A DNA stretch of 33,748 nt from the NCBI GenBank assembly GCA_007375995.1, contig VMFK01000005.1, positions 1 to 33,748 of the forward strand, read 5' to 3'. The notes under the pieces were generated by a model. The model made no database searches. It worked only from the letters and a program-made list of their open reading frames with translations, and was not told the DNA's origin. Both the position numbers and the translations under genes were made by a program. This document shows positions 23,402 through 31,069 of this stretch, piece by piece (the stretch's first letter is position 1; each line of letters begins with the position of its first letter). This stretch comes from Parcubacteria group bacterium Gr01-1014_56 (lineage in GTDB: Bacteria > Patescibacteriota > Minisyncoccia > Phycocordibacterales > SBAW01).

Positions 23402-23430
23402 CATCCTACAGGATAAGCCCCGAAGAGTCA
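23402..23430 (-). promoter_or_regulatory. Sigma70-like promoter candidate for rpsS and downstream genes
   Basis: Minus strand: TTGACT (23430-23425), 17 nt, TAGGAT (23407-23402). Followed by the small hairpin CCCGC-acg-GCGGG plus U5 (23393-23376) in the leader. Confidence 0.35.
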
Positions 23431-23502
23431 AATAGAGCCTTGCCGGAGGCGGTTTATAGATATAGAGTGTGGGAAGAAGTTCACTGCAATGGGAGTAAAA
23501 TC

Positions 23503-24063
23503 ATGCTCAACCTTAAGACACTACCTGTCCACATACGGAGGGCTGCTAAGCAGATCGATCTTGTGGCTGATGCGCTCGCACGCGCAAACCGCGGTCGGGA
23601 ATGGTTAGACAAACACGCCCCGCCTGACTGGCGGCTCCAGATGATGTCTATAACCGGCGGAAAAATTTCTTCGCGGGTAAGGCTTCCTTATGGTGATCAA
23701 AACCCTCTAGCACTGGCGTTTCGCAGGGATAAAAGCCTCAAGAACGGAGACGGCCGAGTGATATGGGCTTCAGTCTCGGATCGATTTGGATTTACCCAGA
23801 ATCGCAAAATACCACAAGAGTTGGGTTTTTTGGAAAAAAGACACCAAGTAGAGAATGCGCTCATCGACGAAAATATCGACGGATATTTTCTCGATGATGC
23901 GTGGGAAACTATACTGAAGAACTTACGCTGGTACCCCCAACCGGTTGCTCCCTACCCAAAAAAAGAAGAACCGAAAAAATCTTTCAGTTTCTTCAGTAGT
24001 CCCGACAGGAATTCTTTGCTAACTAAAATGGCTGGCGAAACTCATCGGGATCAAGATACCTAA
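23503..24063 (+). CDS. Hypothetical protein (186 aa) on the opposite strand, inserted between rplB and rpsS
   Basis: ATG at 23503 is preceded by GGGAG with 7-nt spacing. No family recognised. Convergent with rplB, sharing a bidirectional terminator. Confidence 0.6.
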   Translation: MLNLKTLPVHIRRAAKQIDLVADALARANRGREWLDKHAPPDWRLQMMSITGGKISSRVRLPYGDQNPLALAFRRDKSLKNGDGRVIWASVSDRFGFTQNRKIPQELGFLEKRHQVENALIDENIDGYFLDDAWETILKNLRWYPQPVAPYPKKEEPKKSFSFFSSPDRNSLLTKMAGETHRDQDT

Positions 24064-24083
24064 GAAAACTAGACATCACGAAA

Positions 24084-24114
24084 AACCCCGCTACTCTGGC
24101 GGGGTTCTCTTTTT
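24084..24114. terminator. Bidirectional intrinsic terminator between rplB (-) and the inserted gene (+)
   Basis: AACCCCGC-tactctg-GCGGGGTT, with CTCTTTTT on the plus side and TTTTTCG on the minus side. Confidence 0.65.
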
Positions 24115-24115
24115 A

Positions 24116-24967
24116 TTATTTATTGTCCTTACTGCGCTTGCCGACTTTGCGGCGAGAGACAATCAAGTAGTTTGAATACTTTTTAGGTGTACGAGACTTC
24201 TGCCCCTTGCCTGTCGGCTTGCCCCAGGCAGATTTAGCGCGGCGCGTACCACGGCCTTGGCGCCCTTCGCCGCCGCCGTATGGGTGGTCTACCGGGTTCA
24301 TAGCGCTGCCGCGCACTGTTGGGCGAATACCAAGCCAGCGGCTGCGACCCGCTTTGCCGATGTTCATCAATTTATTTTCAGGGTTAGAAACCTCGCCAAG
24401 TGTTGCCCAGCAGTCCTCAAGCACCCGGCGTACCTCGCTTGAAGGCATCTTGAGGTCGACATAGCCTTGGTCACGTGCGACTACCTCGATATGTGTACCT
24501 GCAGCACGGCCGAGTTTGCCGCCGTTCCCTGGTTTGATCTCAACGTTATAGACAAATGCACCGATCGGCATGTTTTTAAGAGGCATACGGTTACCGGGAG
24601 TTGCCGGAGCGTTTTGTGCCGTCGTGATTGTGTCGCCCACTTTTACCGACTGTGGCAGGAGTGCGTAGCGACGTGCGCCGTCTTTGTAGAGAAGCACGCC
24701 GATAAAGCCAGAGCGGTTCGGGTCATACTCGATAGTCTCAACAACCGCCGGAACCTGTTTGTCGTAATAAAAATCGACATCGCGGAAGAGGCGTTTATGT
24801 CCGCCGCCCTTGTGGCGCACCGTGATGCGGCCGTCTTTGTTCCGACCCATGTCACGCTTGCCGCCCGAGACAAGCGCTTTGTGCGGCTCGTTAGTCGTGA
24901 GCTTGCCACGGAACGTGACCGTGGTCATGTGACGGCGTGATTTTGTATAAGGGTTATAGTGTTTCAT
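24116..24967 (-). CDS. rplB: 50S ribosomal protein L2
   Basis: 'GR...GRITVRHKGGGHKR..R.VDF', 'GN..PL..IP.G..V.N.E..PG.GG.L.R.AG' and 'MNPVDHP.GGGEG'. Confidence 0.97.
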   Translation of the reverse strand: MKHYNPYTKSRRHMTTVTFRGKLTTNEPHKALVSGGKRDMGRNKDGRITVRHKGGGHKRLFRDVDFYYDKQVPAVVETIEYDPNRSGFIGVLLYKDGARRYALLPQSVKVGDTITTAQNAPATPGNRMPLKNMPIGAFVYNVEIKPGNGGKLGRAAGTHIEVVARDQGYVDLKMPSSEVRRVLEDCWATLGEVSNPENKLMNIGKAGRSRWLGIRPTVRGSAMNPVDHPYGGGEGRQGRGTRRAKSAWGKPTGKGQKSRTPKKYSNYLIVSRRKVGKRSKDNK

Positions 24968-24996
24968 AAATTTTTTATAAAATTTCTTTACATTTT

Positions 24997-25281
24997 TTAC
25001 ATCAGCTCTATGGTCTCCCCCTTTTTAAGGTATACGTAAGCCTTTTTGCCTCCCGCTGTTTTGCCAGAGCGGTTAGTGCCACGCGTAACTACCTGCTTTG
25101 TGGGGATAGTAACGACGCGCACCTTGCGTGGAGTTACTTTAAAAATCTCCTTGATTGCTTCGGCAATCTCTTTTTTATTTGCTGTCGGAGCTACATTAAA
25201 AACGTATACACCAAGCTCAGAGAGGTACGCACCCTTTTCGGTAACGCGTGGGTTAAGAAGTATGTGAGAAGCGTGTTTCAT
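24997..25281 (-). CDS. rplW: 50S ribosomal protein L23
   Basis: 'L..P.VTEK.......VYVF.V...ANK.EI..AI...F.V....V......K' pattern and position between rplD and rplB. Confidence 0.95.
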   Translation of the reverse strand: MKHASHILLNPRVTEKGAYLSELGVYVFNVAPTANKKEIAEAIKEIFKVTPRKVRVVTIPTKQVVTRGTNRSGKTAGGKKAYVYLKKGETIELM

Positions 25282-25282
25282 A

Positions 25283-25999
25283 TTATTTATTCTTAACTAC
25301 GCGCTTAGCGCCAAGCGTTTTTATTGCTGCTTCTGGGTCAGCAATCACGAGGTATTTGCTCGAGAGTACTGATACTGGGTTTAAGTTGCGCACCTCTACC
25401 GTAGCAACGTTGCCGATATTTGCGAAGCTCTTTTGTGTTGGCGTATGCGCGGTCGGGAGTGCGATAAGCGCTACGTTGTTCTTTTTAGTAAAGCCGCCAA
25501 GGTGTTGAGAGAGTGCTGTCAAAATAGCTTTTGCCTCTTTGGTTTTAGGAGCTTTCATCTCGAGCGAGTCTATAAAAATGATCTCATTGTCTTTAAATTT
25601 GCGTGAGAGCGCGACAAGAAGCGCCTTTTGGCGTGCCTGGCGGTTGATTTTTTGCGCATAGGACTTGTCCTTGCGGGGGCCGTGGGTAACACCGCCGCCC
25701 TTCCAGATCGGAGAGCGAGAGGAGCCGTGGCGCGCGCGGCCAGTACCCTTTTGGGCCCATGGTTTCTTGCCGCCACCGCGCACCTCGCCGCGGTCTTTGG
25801 TGTGCGCAATAGGTGTGCGGTTGTTTGCACGCATAGCAACAACTACCTGGTGTACCAAGTCGCCGTTCCAAGGCAGGCCAAAAATATTTTCAGGGAGGTT
25901 AAATGTCCCCATTTCTTTGCCTTGTTTGTTGTAAATCTTTGTTTCCATCCCGTTAGAAGGCTTAGAAATTTTTTCTTTTATTTTAGTTTGAGTTTCCAT
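25283..25999 (-). CDS. rplD: 50S ribosomal protein L4
   Basis: 'LVHQVVVAMRAN.RT..AHTK.R.EVRGGG.KPW.QKGTGRAR.GS.RSP.W.GGG..HGP'. Start ambiguous: ATG 25999, ATG 25948 (best match to the canonical L4 N-terminus METKIYNKQGKE..) or TTG 26011. Confidence 0.9.
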   Translation of the reverse strand: METQTKIKEKISKPSNGMETKIYNKQGKEMGTFNLPENIFGLPWNGDLVHQVVVAMRANNRTPIAHTKDRGEVRGGGKKPWAQKGTGRARHGSSRSPIWKGGGVTHGPRKDKSYAQKINRQARQKALLVALSRKFKDNEIIFIDSLEMKAPKTKEAKAILTALSQHLGGFTKKNNVALIALPTAHTPTQKSFANIGNVATVEVRNLNPVSVLSSKYLVIADPEAAIKTLGAKRVVKNK

Positions 26000-26027
26000 A
26001 TTTATATTCAAGACCTTCTAACGGGAT
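25947..26027 (-). promoter_or_regulatory. 14-bp perfect inverted repeat spanning the rplC stop and the rplD start region (candidate translational-coupling hairpin)
   Basis: Plus strand ATCCCGTTAGAAGG (25947-25960) and CCTTCTAACGGGAT (26014-26027). In the mRNA the 5' arm contains the rplC UAG, the 3' arm ends in the AU of AUG 25948, and AUG 25999 lies in the loop. Confidence 0.5.
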
Positions 26028-26650
26028 TCCGTTCCTTTAATCTCAACAAGCGTACCTTTGCGCCCTGGGATTGCGCCCGCGATCACGAGCTCGTTTGTCT
26101 CTGGGATTATTTGGAGGATCGGGAGGTTGCGAACCGTCACGCGGTCAGAGCCCAAGCGGCCTGCCATGCGCATGCCCTTTGCAACGCGGCCACCCGCGCG
26201 CCCGCCCCCACCACCGATAGAACCTGGAGAACGCTCGGAGTGCTTTTGGCCGTGTGAGCGTGGGCCGCCGTGGAAACCGTGCCGCTTAACAACGCCTGCA
26301 AACCCTTTACCTTTTGAAATTGCTGAGACCTCTACCTTCTCCCCTACTGTAAATACTGAGAGGTCTACTATTGCGCCGACTTCAACATCGGGGACAGCGC
26401 CGTTTTTGAGACGAAGCTCTTTAAAATTTTTAAGTGCCTTACCTTTAGCGTGCCCGATCTGTGCGTTGTTGATGTGTTTTTCTTTACCCTCAAAGCTCCC
26501 TATCTGCACTGCGGAGTAACCCTCTTTCTCTTCCGTTTTTATCTGCGTAACAGTTGCTGGGGAAGTGTTGATGATAGTAGCGGCAAAAGCCCGACCGTCT
26601 TCGGTATATACAGTAAGCATTTTGCCCTTTGTTCCAAGGATGAATTTCAT
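26018..26650 (-). CDS. rplC: 50S ribosomal protein L3
   Basis: 'G.KG.M...........ATII......VTQIKT.EK.GY.AVQ', 'GKGF.G.VKRHGF.GGP.SHG.....R..GSIG' and 'V.KG.RMAG..G....TV.NL'. Confidence 0.95.
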   Translation of the reverse strand: MKFILGTKGKMLTVYTEDGRAFAATIINTSPATVTQIKTEEKEGYSAVQIGSFEGKEKHINNAQIGHAKGKALKNFKELRLKNGAVPDVEVGAIVDLSVFTVGEKVEVSAISKGKGFAGVVKRHGFHGGPRSHGQKHSERSPGSIGGGGGRAGGRVAKGMRMAGRLGSDRVTVRNLPILQIIPETNELVIAGAIPGRKGTLVEIKGTESR

Positions 26651-26780
26651 AACTTAGCGAAGTGAGAGAAAAGAATTTATTCTTTTCCGAGCGAGCGACA
26701 GTTATATCGGGGTATTCCCCGCTATGTTGTCTATTGGTCCCCGAGGGGACGTGGCCAACCCTATTTCGAGAGTCCCAAAG

Positions 26781-26809
26781 AATATACCCTAGAGTCGAAA
26801 ATTATGCAA
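26781..26809 (-). promoter_or_regulatory. Sigma70-like promoter candidate for the rplC operon segment
   Basis: Minus strand: TTGCAT (26809-26804), 17 nt, TATATT (26786-26781). The ~130-nt leader contains three hairpins (26737-26750, 26708-26721, 26668-26687). Confidence 0.4.
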
Positions 26810-26813
26810 ACAC

Positions 26814-27212
26814 CTATTGCATTCGATGACGGAGATAATATCGCCAACCTGCATAGAGGAGTGTGAGGGCTAAAATTCCTACCGCCATAAAAGTAATAAA
26901 TTGTGTCGAGAATTCGGCAGTGTTAAGTAGCGTATAAGCAGCCCATACTCCAATCGCGGCAATAAGTACGTCGAGGAGTGAGTTTTGCCAATCTTCAACA
27001 ATACCGAGTAGCATTTCAAACCCTTCATACAAAGAAGTGAGCGCCACGGTAATGATAACTGTTGACCACAAAGAGAGCCCAAGCCACAGGCCTACTATGC
27101 CCAACAAGAGGCCGGTCAAAAGATGCACAATACTCCACGGGTCGAGATACCGGCCGTGGCCCCAAGTAAGTTTGATTGCCTGCTGTGCCTGACGCTCAAA
27201 ACGTAACTTCAT
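26814..27212 (-). CDS. Integral membrane protein (4 TM), function unknown; possible paralog of 13229-13612
   Basis: Hydrophobic segments. 'SIVHLLTGLLLGIVGL', 'LYEGFEMLLG' and 'LLDVLIAAIG' mirror 'IPIHMVGGLTIGFWGL', 'VWELFEYVSG' and 'LKDLGDDLFG' of the other gene. Confidence 0.6.
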   Translation of the reverse strand: MKLRFERQAQQAIKLTWGHGRYLDPWSIVHLLTGLLLGIVGLWLGLSLWSTVIITVALTSLYEGFEMLLGIVEDWQNSLLDVLIAAIGVWAAYTLLNTAEFSTQFITFMAVGILALTLLYAGWRYYLRHRMQ

Positions 27213-27284
27213 TCCACAATCGTATCACCGAAAATCCCCCCATGAAGGGACTTTCATTACGATTATTTTTAGTACGATTCCAAG

Positions 27285-27318
27285 TATGAATAACTATGCT
27301 ATAGCTGAGTTGTTCATA
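27285..27318. repeat. 34-bp near-palindromic repeat, copy A (immediately 3' of the PaaX-like gene, upstream of the membrane gene)
   Basis: TATGAATAACTATGCTATAGCTGAGTTGTTCATA. 31/34 identical to 27901-27934. 9-bp arms TATGAATAA / TTGTTCATA. Confidence 0.85.
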
Positions 27319-27320
27319 TA

Positions 27321-27890
27321 TCATTTCATTAGTCTAAATTTTTCTTTGAGAAAGTAGTCGCCTTCAATCTTATCTGCAATGATATACAAGAGATCTTTTC
27401 CAATACGAAAATCAATTTTTAGAAACGTAATGAGATCCTCGCAATCATATGGGTACACCCATACACTATCTTGTAAACGGCTAAAGCCCAGACTAATCAG
27501 TGTTACACGTAGTCGTTCGCGGATGCGTTTGTGTTTTTCAGGAATATCAAAAATAAGAATACGCCATTTACTATCCCATCGTTTTGGTTTTTTTAGAGCT
27601 AATCGCCCCTCGTTGAGTAGAGCTGCAAACTGTTCTCCTCGTAAAGTAAGACGTGCCTGGTTATTTTCGATTTTGATATATCCCTTTCCAATAAGTCTAG
27701 AAAAAGACTTTTTGATAGTTTGCCTCTTCTGACTTTGATTACGTCGGGCAAGATTTCCCATTGCTGCAAGTACATTCGGAGCGACAACCGCGACCGCAAG
27801 TGTACCTCCAATAGCAAGAGTACCAATAATGGCCTTATTGATTTTTGTGCGCCGTACGTGTGCGCGAACTTCTCGCTCCAATGTACCCAT
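27321..27890 (-). CDS. PaaX-C/Cas2-like-domain protein with N-terminal hydrophobic segment and a probable winged-helix region
   Basis: '[52 protein letters not shown]' matches the PaaX C-terminal/Cas2-like ferredoxin-fold pattern. The N-terminus has '[25 protein letters not shown]'. No cas1 or array nearby. Confidence 0.65.
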   Translation of the reverse strand: MGTLEREVRAHVRRTKINKAIIGTLAIGGTLAVAVVAPNVLAAMGNLARRNQSQKRQTIKKSFSRLIGKGYIKIENNQARLTLRGEQFAALLNEGRLALKKPKRWDSKWRILIFDIPEKHKRIRERLRVTLISLGFSRLQDSVWVYPYDCEDLITFLKIDFRIGKDLLYIIADKIEGDYFLKEKFRLMK

Positions 27891-27900
27891 ATCTTCAAAA

Positions 27901-27934
27901 TATGAATAACTATGCTATAGCAGAATTATTCATA
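27901..27934. repeat. 34-bp palindromic repeat, copy B (10 nt upstream of the PaaX-like start codon)
   Basis: TATGAATAACTATGCTATAGCAGAATTATTCATA, with perfect 9-bp arms TATGAATAA / TTATTCATA. Confidence 0.85.
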
Positions 27935-27942
27935 GTGCGGGT

Positions 27943-27970
27943 ACTGTATACATATTCAAAAAATATGCAA
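27943..27970 (-). promoter_or_regulatory. Sigma70-like promoter candidate directly upstream of repeat copy B
   Basis: Minus strand: TTGCAT (27970-27965), 16 nt, TACAGT (27948-27943). The palindrome would sit at about +1 to +40, an operator-like position. Confidence 0.35.
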
Positions 27971-27984
27971 CTGATACGAAAAAT

Positions 27985-28012
27985 CCCCTGGCTTTTCGGC
28001 CGGGGGTTTTCA
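27985..28012. terminator. Bidirectional terminator-like hairpin downstream of rpsJ
   Basis: CCCCTGGC-ttttcg-GCCGGGGG (8 bp, one G.U), flanked by GAAAAAT and TTTTCAAAAA. Confidence 0.55.
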
Positions 28013-28095
28013 AAAACGCCATTCTTTTTTATTTGTAAAAATGTCCTTGCTACAAGAAGCCATTCCTCTTTATCGGTGAAGATGACGCTGCTTCG

Positions 28096-28500
28096 CTACG
28101 CCATCTTCACGTCTATCGTGACACCTGAAGGTAAGGAGAGGTTGGTGAGTGCCTCGATGACCTTTGGAGAAGGGTCGAGGATGTCGATAACGCGCTTGTG
28201 GATCCGCATCTCAAACTGCTCGCGCGCATCTTTGTAGACGAACGTCGAGCGGTTAACGGTATATTTTTTGATCTCGGTTGGGAGCGGTATCGGGCCGGCA
28301 ACCTTAGCATCGTAGCGAAGCGCCGTGTCGAGTATCTGTTTTATCGACGCGTCGAGCACCTTGTGCTCGTAGGCTTTCACCTTGATGCGCAGCCGCTGGA
28401 CAGCAACTGGTGCAGCCGCCTTGCGCACACGCGGCGCACTCTTTGCGCCTGCGGGCTTTGCGGCTGCCTTCTTTTTTGTTTCTGTTGCTTCAGCTGGCAT
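28096..28500 (-). CDS. rpsJ: 30S ribosomal protein S10 with ~32-aa Lys/Ala-rich N-terminal extension
   Basis: Core '[15 protein letters not shown]...I..TA.R..A.V.GPIPLPT....[22 protein letters not shown]'. Extension '[32 protein letters not shown]'. Confidence 0.95.
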   Translation of the reverse strand: MPAEATETKKKAAAKPAGAKSAPRVRKAAAPVAVQRLRIKVKAYEHKVLDASIKQILDTALRYDAKVAGPIPLPTEIKKYTVNRSTFVYKDAREQFEMRIHKRVIDILDPSPKVIEALTNLSLPSGVTIDVKMA

Positions 28501-28538
28501 TTTGATTACTTTTTATTTGCAGACAATTAGTTGTCTGC

Positions 28539-29732
28539 TTACGCAGTTATTTTCGTTACAACACCTGCGCCCACAGTCTTGCCTCCCTCGCGAACTGCGA
28601 AGCGGGTCTTCTCCTCGAGCGCAACCGGCGCTACGAGTTTAACCTTAAAGGTCACCGTGTCGCCTGGCATAACCATCTCAGTTCCTGCTGCAAGCGTTAC
28701 CTCGCCTGTAACGTCTGTAGTGCGGACATAGAACTGCGGTTTGTAACCAGTGAAGAACGGTGTGTGACGACCGCCCTCGTCCTTGGTGAGGACATATACT
28801 TCTGCGTCAAATTCAGTGTGTGGAGTTACCGAGCCGGTCTTAGCAAGCACTTGGCCACGGTGTACGTCCTCTTTGCGCGTACCGCGAAGCAAGATACCTG
28901 CGTTGTCGCCTGCCAAACCTTGATCGAGTTGCTTATTGAACATCTCGATACCAGTGATAGTGGTTTTTGCTGTCGGGATAAGACCGACGATTTCGATTTC
29001 CTCGCCTACCTTAACTGAACCGCGCTCAATACGACCGGTAACGACAGTGCCGCGACCTTCGATCGAGAAGATGTCCTCAACTGGCATAAGAAATGGCTTG
29101 TCTGTCTCGCGAACTGGAGTCGGGAGGTAGGAGTCCATTGTGTTAACGAGCTCGAGTACCTTTTGTGACCACTCATTAGTGAGGTCATTGCTCTCAAGTG
29201 CCTTAAGCCCTGAGCCGCGGATTACCGGAGCGTCGGTGTAGCCGTGCTTTTTGAGGAGGTCCTTCACTTCCTCTTCGACGAGGTCAACGAGATCCTGATC
29301 GTCAACCATGTCTACTTTGTTAAGAAAGACGATAACCTTCGGTACGCCAACTTGTTTTGCAAGGAGAATGTGCTCGCGGGTCTGTGGCATCACGCCGTCG
29401 GTTGCTGCAACCACAAGTACTGCGCCGTCCATTTGAGCGGCTCCAGTGATCATGTTCTTGATGTAGTCGGCGTGGCCCGGAGCGTCGATGTGCGCATAGT
29501 GGCGGTTTGGTGTCTCGTACTCAGAGTGGTGGAGCGCAATCGTAATACCGCGCGCCTTTTCCTCAGGAGCGTTGTCGATACCATCTACCCCTTCAACACG
29601 AGCGCTGTAACCCTGGCCTTTTGCCATGTCGAGCGTGTGGAGGATCGATGCGGTGAGTGTCGTCTTGCCGTGGTCAACGTGGCCGATAGTGCCTACGTTC
29701 ATGTGCGGCTTAGACCTGTCAAAATTTGCCAT
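28539..29732 (-). CDS. tuf: Elongation factor Tu
   Basis: '[21 protein letters not shown]', 'DAPGHADY' and 'NKVD'. Start at ATG 29732 ([10 protein letters not shown]). Confidence 0.97.
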   Translation of the reverse strand: MANFDRSKPHMNVGTIGHVDHGKTTLTASILHTLDMAKGQGYSARVEGVDGIDNAPEEKARGITIALHHSEYETPNRHYAHIDAPGHADYIKNMITGAAQMDGAVLVVAATDGVMPQTREHILLAKQVGVPKVIVFLNKVDMVDDQDLVDLVEEEVKDLLKKHGYTDAPVIRGSGLKALESNDLTNEWSQKVLELVNTMDSYLPTPVRETDKPFLMPVEDIFSIEGRGTVVTGRIERGSVKVGEEIEIVGLIPTAKTTITGIEMFNKQLDQGLAGDNAGILLRGTRKEDVHRGQVLAKTGSVTPHTEFDAEVYVLTKDEGGRHTPFFTGYKPQFYVRTTDVTGEVTLAAGTEMVMPGDTVTFKVKLVAPVALEEKTRFAVREGGKTVGAGVVTKITA

Positions 29733-29824
29733 AAATAAAATACCTAACAATTAATAATTACTTTTATAAGCCCCGTTACACTACCTTTTTAGCATAGGAA
29801 AGCCCGCCCTATTGCATTAAGGCC

Positions 29825-29852
29825 ATAGTAACAAACCGTACAAAAGATGCAA
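29825..29852 (-). promoter_or_regulatory. Sigma70-like promoter candidate for tuf-rpsJ
   Basis: Minus strand: TTGCAT (29852-29847), 16 nt, TACTAT (29830-29825). Same TTGCAT -35 as the candidates at 26809 and 27970. Confidence 0.35.
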
Positions 29853-29863
29853 CTTTTATTTTT

Positions 29864-30901
29864 TTAGAGCGAGAGGCCAAAGAGCGAGAGGTAGCCGTCC
29901 ATGACTGAGGCCATCCCCGAACCCATGAGCGAGAAGATCCGCCCGAGGTCGATGATAGTCGGCACAATAACCACCTTTTGTGTTGCGGCAGGAGTCGTAG
30001 AGCCCACTTCGACAGTTGTTGTGCAGGCACTTTGCGTGCCAGTCGCGTTATAGACGAGCTTGAGGTAGGTTGTTGTCTCTGTCGGCGTCAGGGTGATCGA
30101 ACCGTTAGGCTCGCCCTTCTCCCCGCTCATCGTGCTTGCCCACGTTGCTCCTTTGCTCTCCCACTTGAGCGTAACGCTCTCGCCCAGAGCAATGTGCTGC
30201 TTGCTTGCCATAAGTGTGCACACTGGTTTATTAGACGGGTTATAAGTATCTTTTGGTCGTGTTGATGATGCATTGGGGCCGAGATCGAGAGCGCCTTTGC
30301 AACGAGCCATCAATATTTGACGAGTTTTTGGGCCCAGCGCGCCGAACCCGGTGGTTGACGGGTCGCCGCCGGAGGCAACCCCCTCGCGTGCTTGCAATCG
30401 CTTGAGAGCCATCTCGGTTTTCTCGCCGAAGTAGCCGGTCGAGGTTGCGTGGTCAAAGTCGCCAGTTTGTTTGAGATGCTCTTGGAGGCGCTTTACTTCT
30501 TCGCCTTGATCGCCCCTGTTTAAATTGCGCATTAACTGGCCACACGCCGAAGCGCCAGGAAATTGAGGCTTTTCAAACCCCCCGCTACCACCACTATTAG
30601 TATCCTGCTGGGGCTTACGAGGAGCGCCTGCCTCGGTAGTACGGTTTTTCACAGTGGCGGACTCTACCACAACAACTCCTTGCAGTTGTGCTTCAATAGC
30701 GCCGACAGTCTCGCTGTCAACATTAAAAGATTTGAGTAAGCCTGTTACCGCATGTATTTGAGAGTCAGTTAAGGCCGCTGCATGAGCGGGGGCAGGCATA
30801 ACGGCATACACTAGTAAAAGAGCAAACACGACCGCAAACATACGTAGGGTCATAAAAATTTTTGTAGGGAGCGTGCGAGCTGCTGTGTTTTGCGCTGACA
30901 T
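29864..30901 (-). CDS. Secreted protein with peptidoglycan-binding (PG_binding_1-like) domain and C-terminal Ig-like domain
   Basis: Signal/anchor 'MFAVVFALLLVYAVMPAPAHA'. 'GDQGEEVKRLQEHLK......TGYFGEKTEMALKRLQ' is the PGB repeat pattern. Start at ATG 30901 (alternative 30853). Confidence 0.7.
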   Translation of the reverse strand: MSAQNTAARTLPTKIFMTLRMFAVVFALLLVYAVMPAPAHAAALTDSQIHAVTGLLKSFNVDSETVGAIEAQLQGVVVVESATVKNRTTEAGAPRKPQQDTNSGGSGGFEKPQFPGASACGQLMRNLNRGDQGEEVKRLQEHLKQTGDFDHATSTGYFGEKTEMALKRLQAREGVASGGDPSTTGFGALGPKTRQILMARCKGALDLGPNASSTRPKDTYNPSNKPVCTLMASKQHIALGESVTLKWESKGATWASTMSGEKGEPNGSITLTPTETTTYLKLVYNATGTQSACTTTVEVGSTTPAATQKVVIVPTIIDLGRIFSLMGSGMASVMDGYLSLFGLSL

Positions 30902-31069
30902 GATAGTTACAAATAATTTAATAAACGAGAGAGGACACCGAGCTTTCGCTCGGTGCCCTGTTACCCTCAAATCTATCACTCCCCCTACCCTAGGCAAGGG
31001 GCTGGTGTGGATATCTCCCCGTGGCTCTAATTAACCTTCTGAATATACTACTCCTGTCACTTAATACTC

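Noticed and set aside
27321-27890. Calling this gene cas2
   Set aside because: The ferredoxin-like 'ILIFDIPEK...GF..LQ.SVWV' pattern is shared by Cas2 and the PaaX C-terminal domain. The protein is twice the length of Cas2, has an N-terminal hydrophobic and wHTH-like region, and there is no cas1 or repeat array in the window.
27285-27934. Integron-type cassette (attC-like palindromes flanking one ORF)
   Set aside because: The arms do not fit the attC R''/R' consensus (RYYYAAC / GTTRRRY). The elements are only 34 bp, and no integrase is present.
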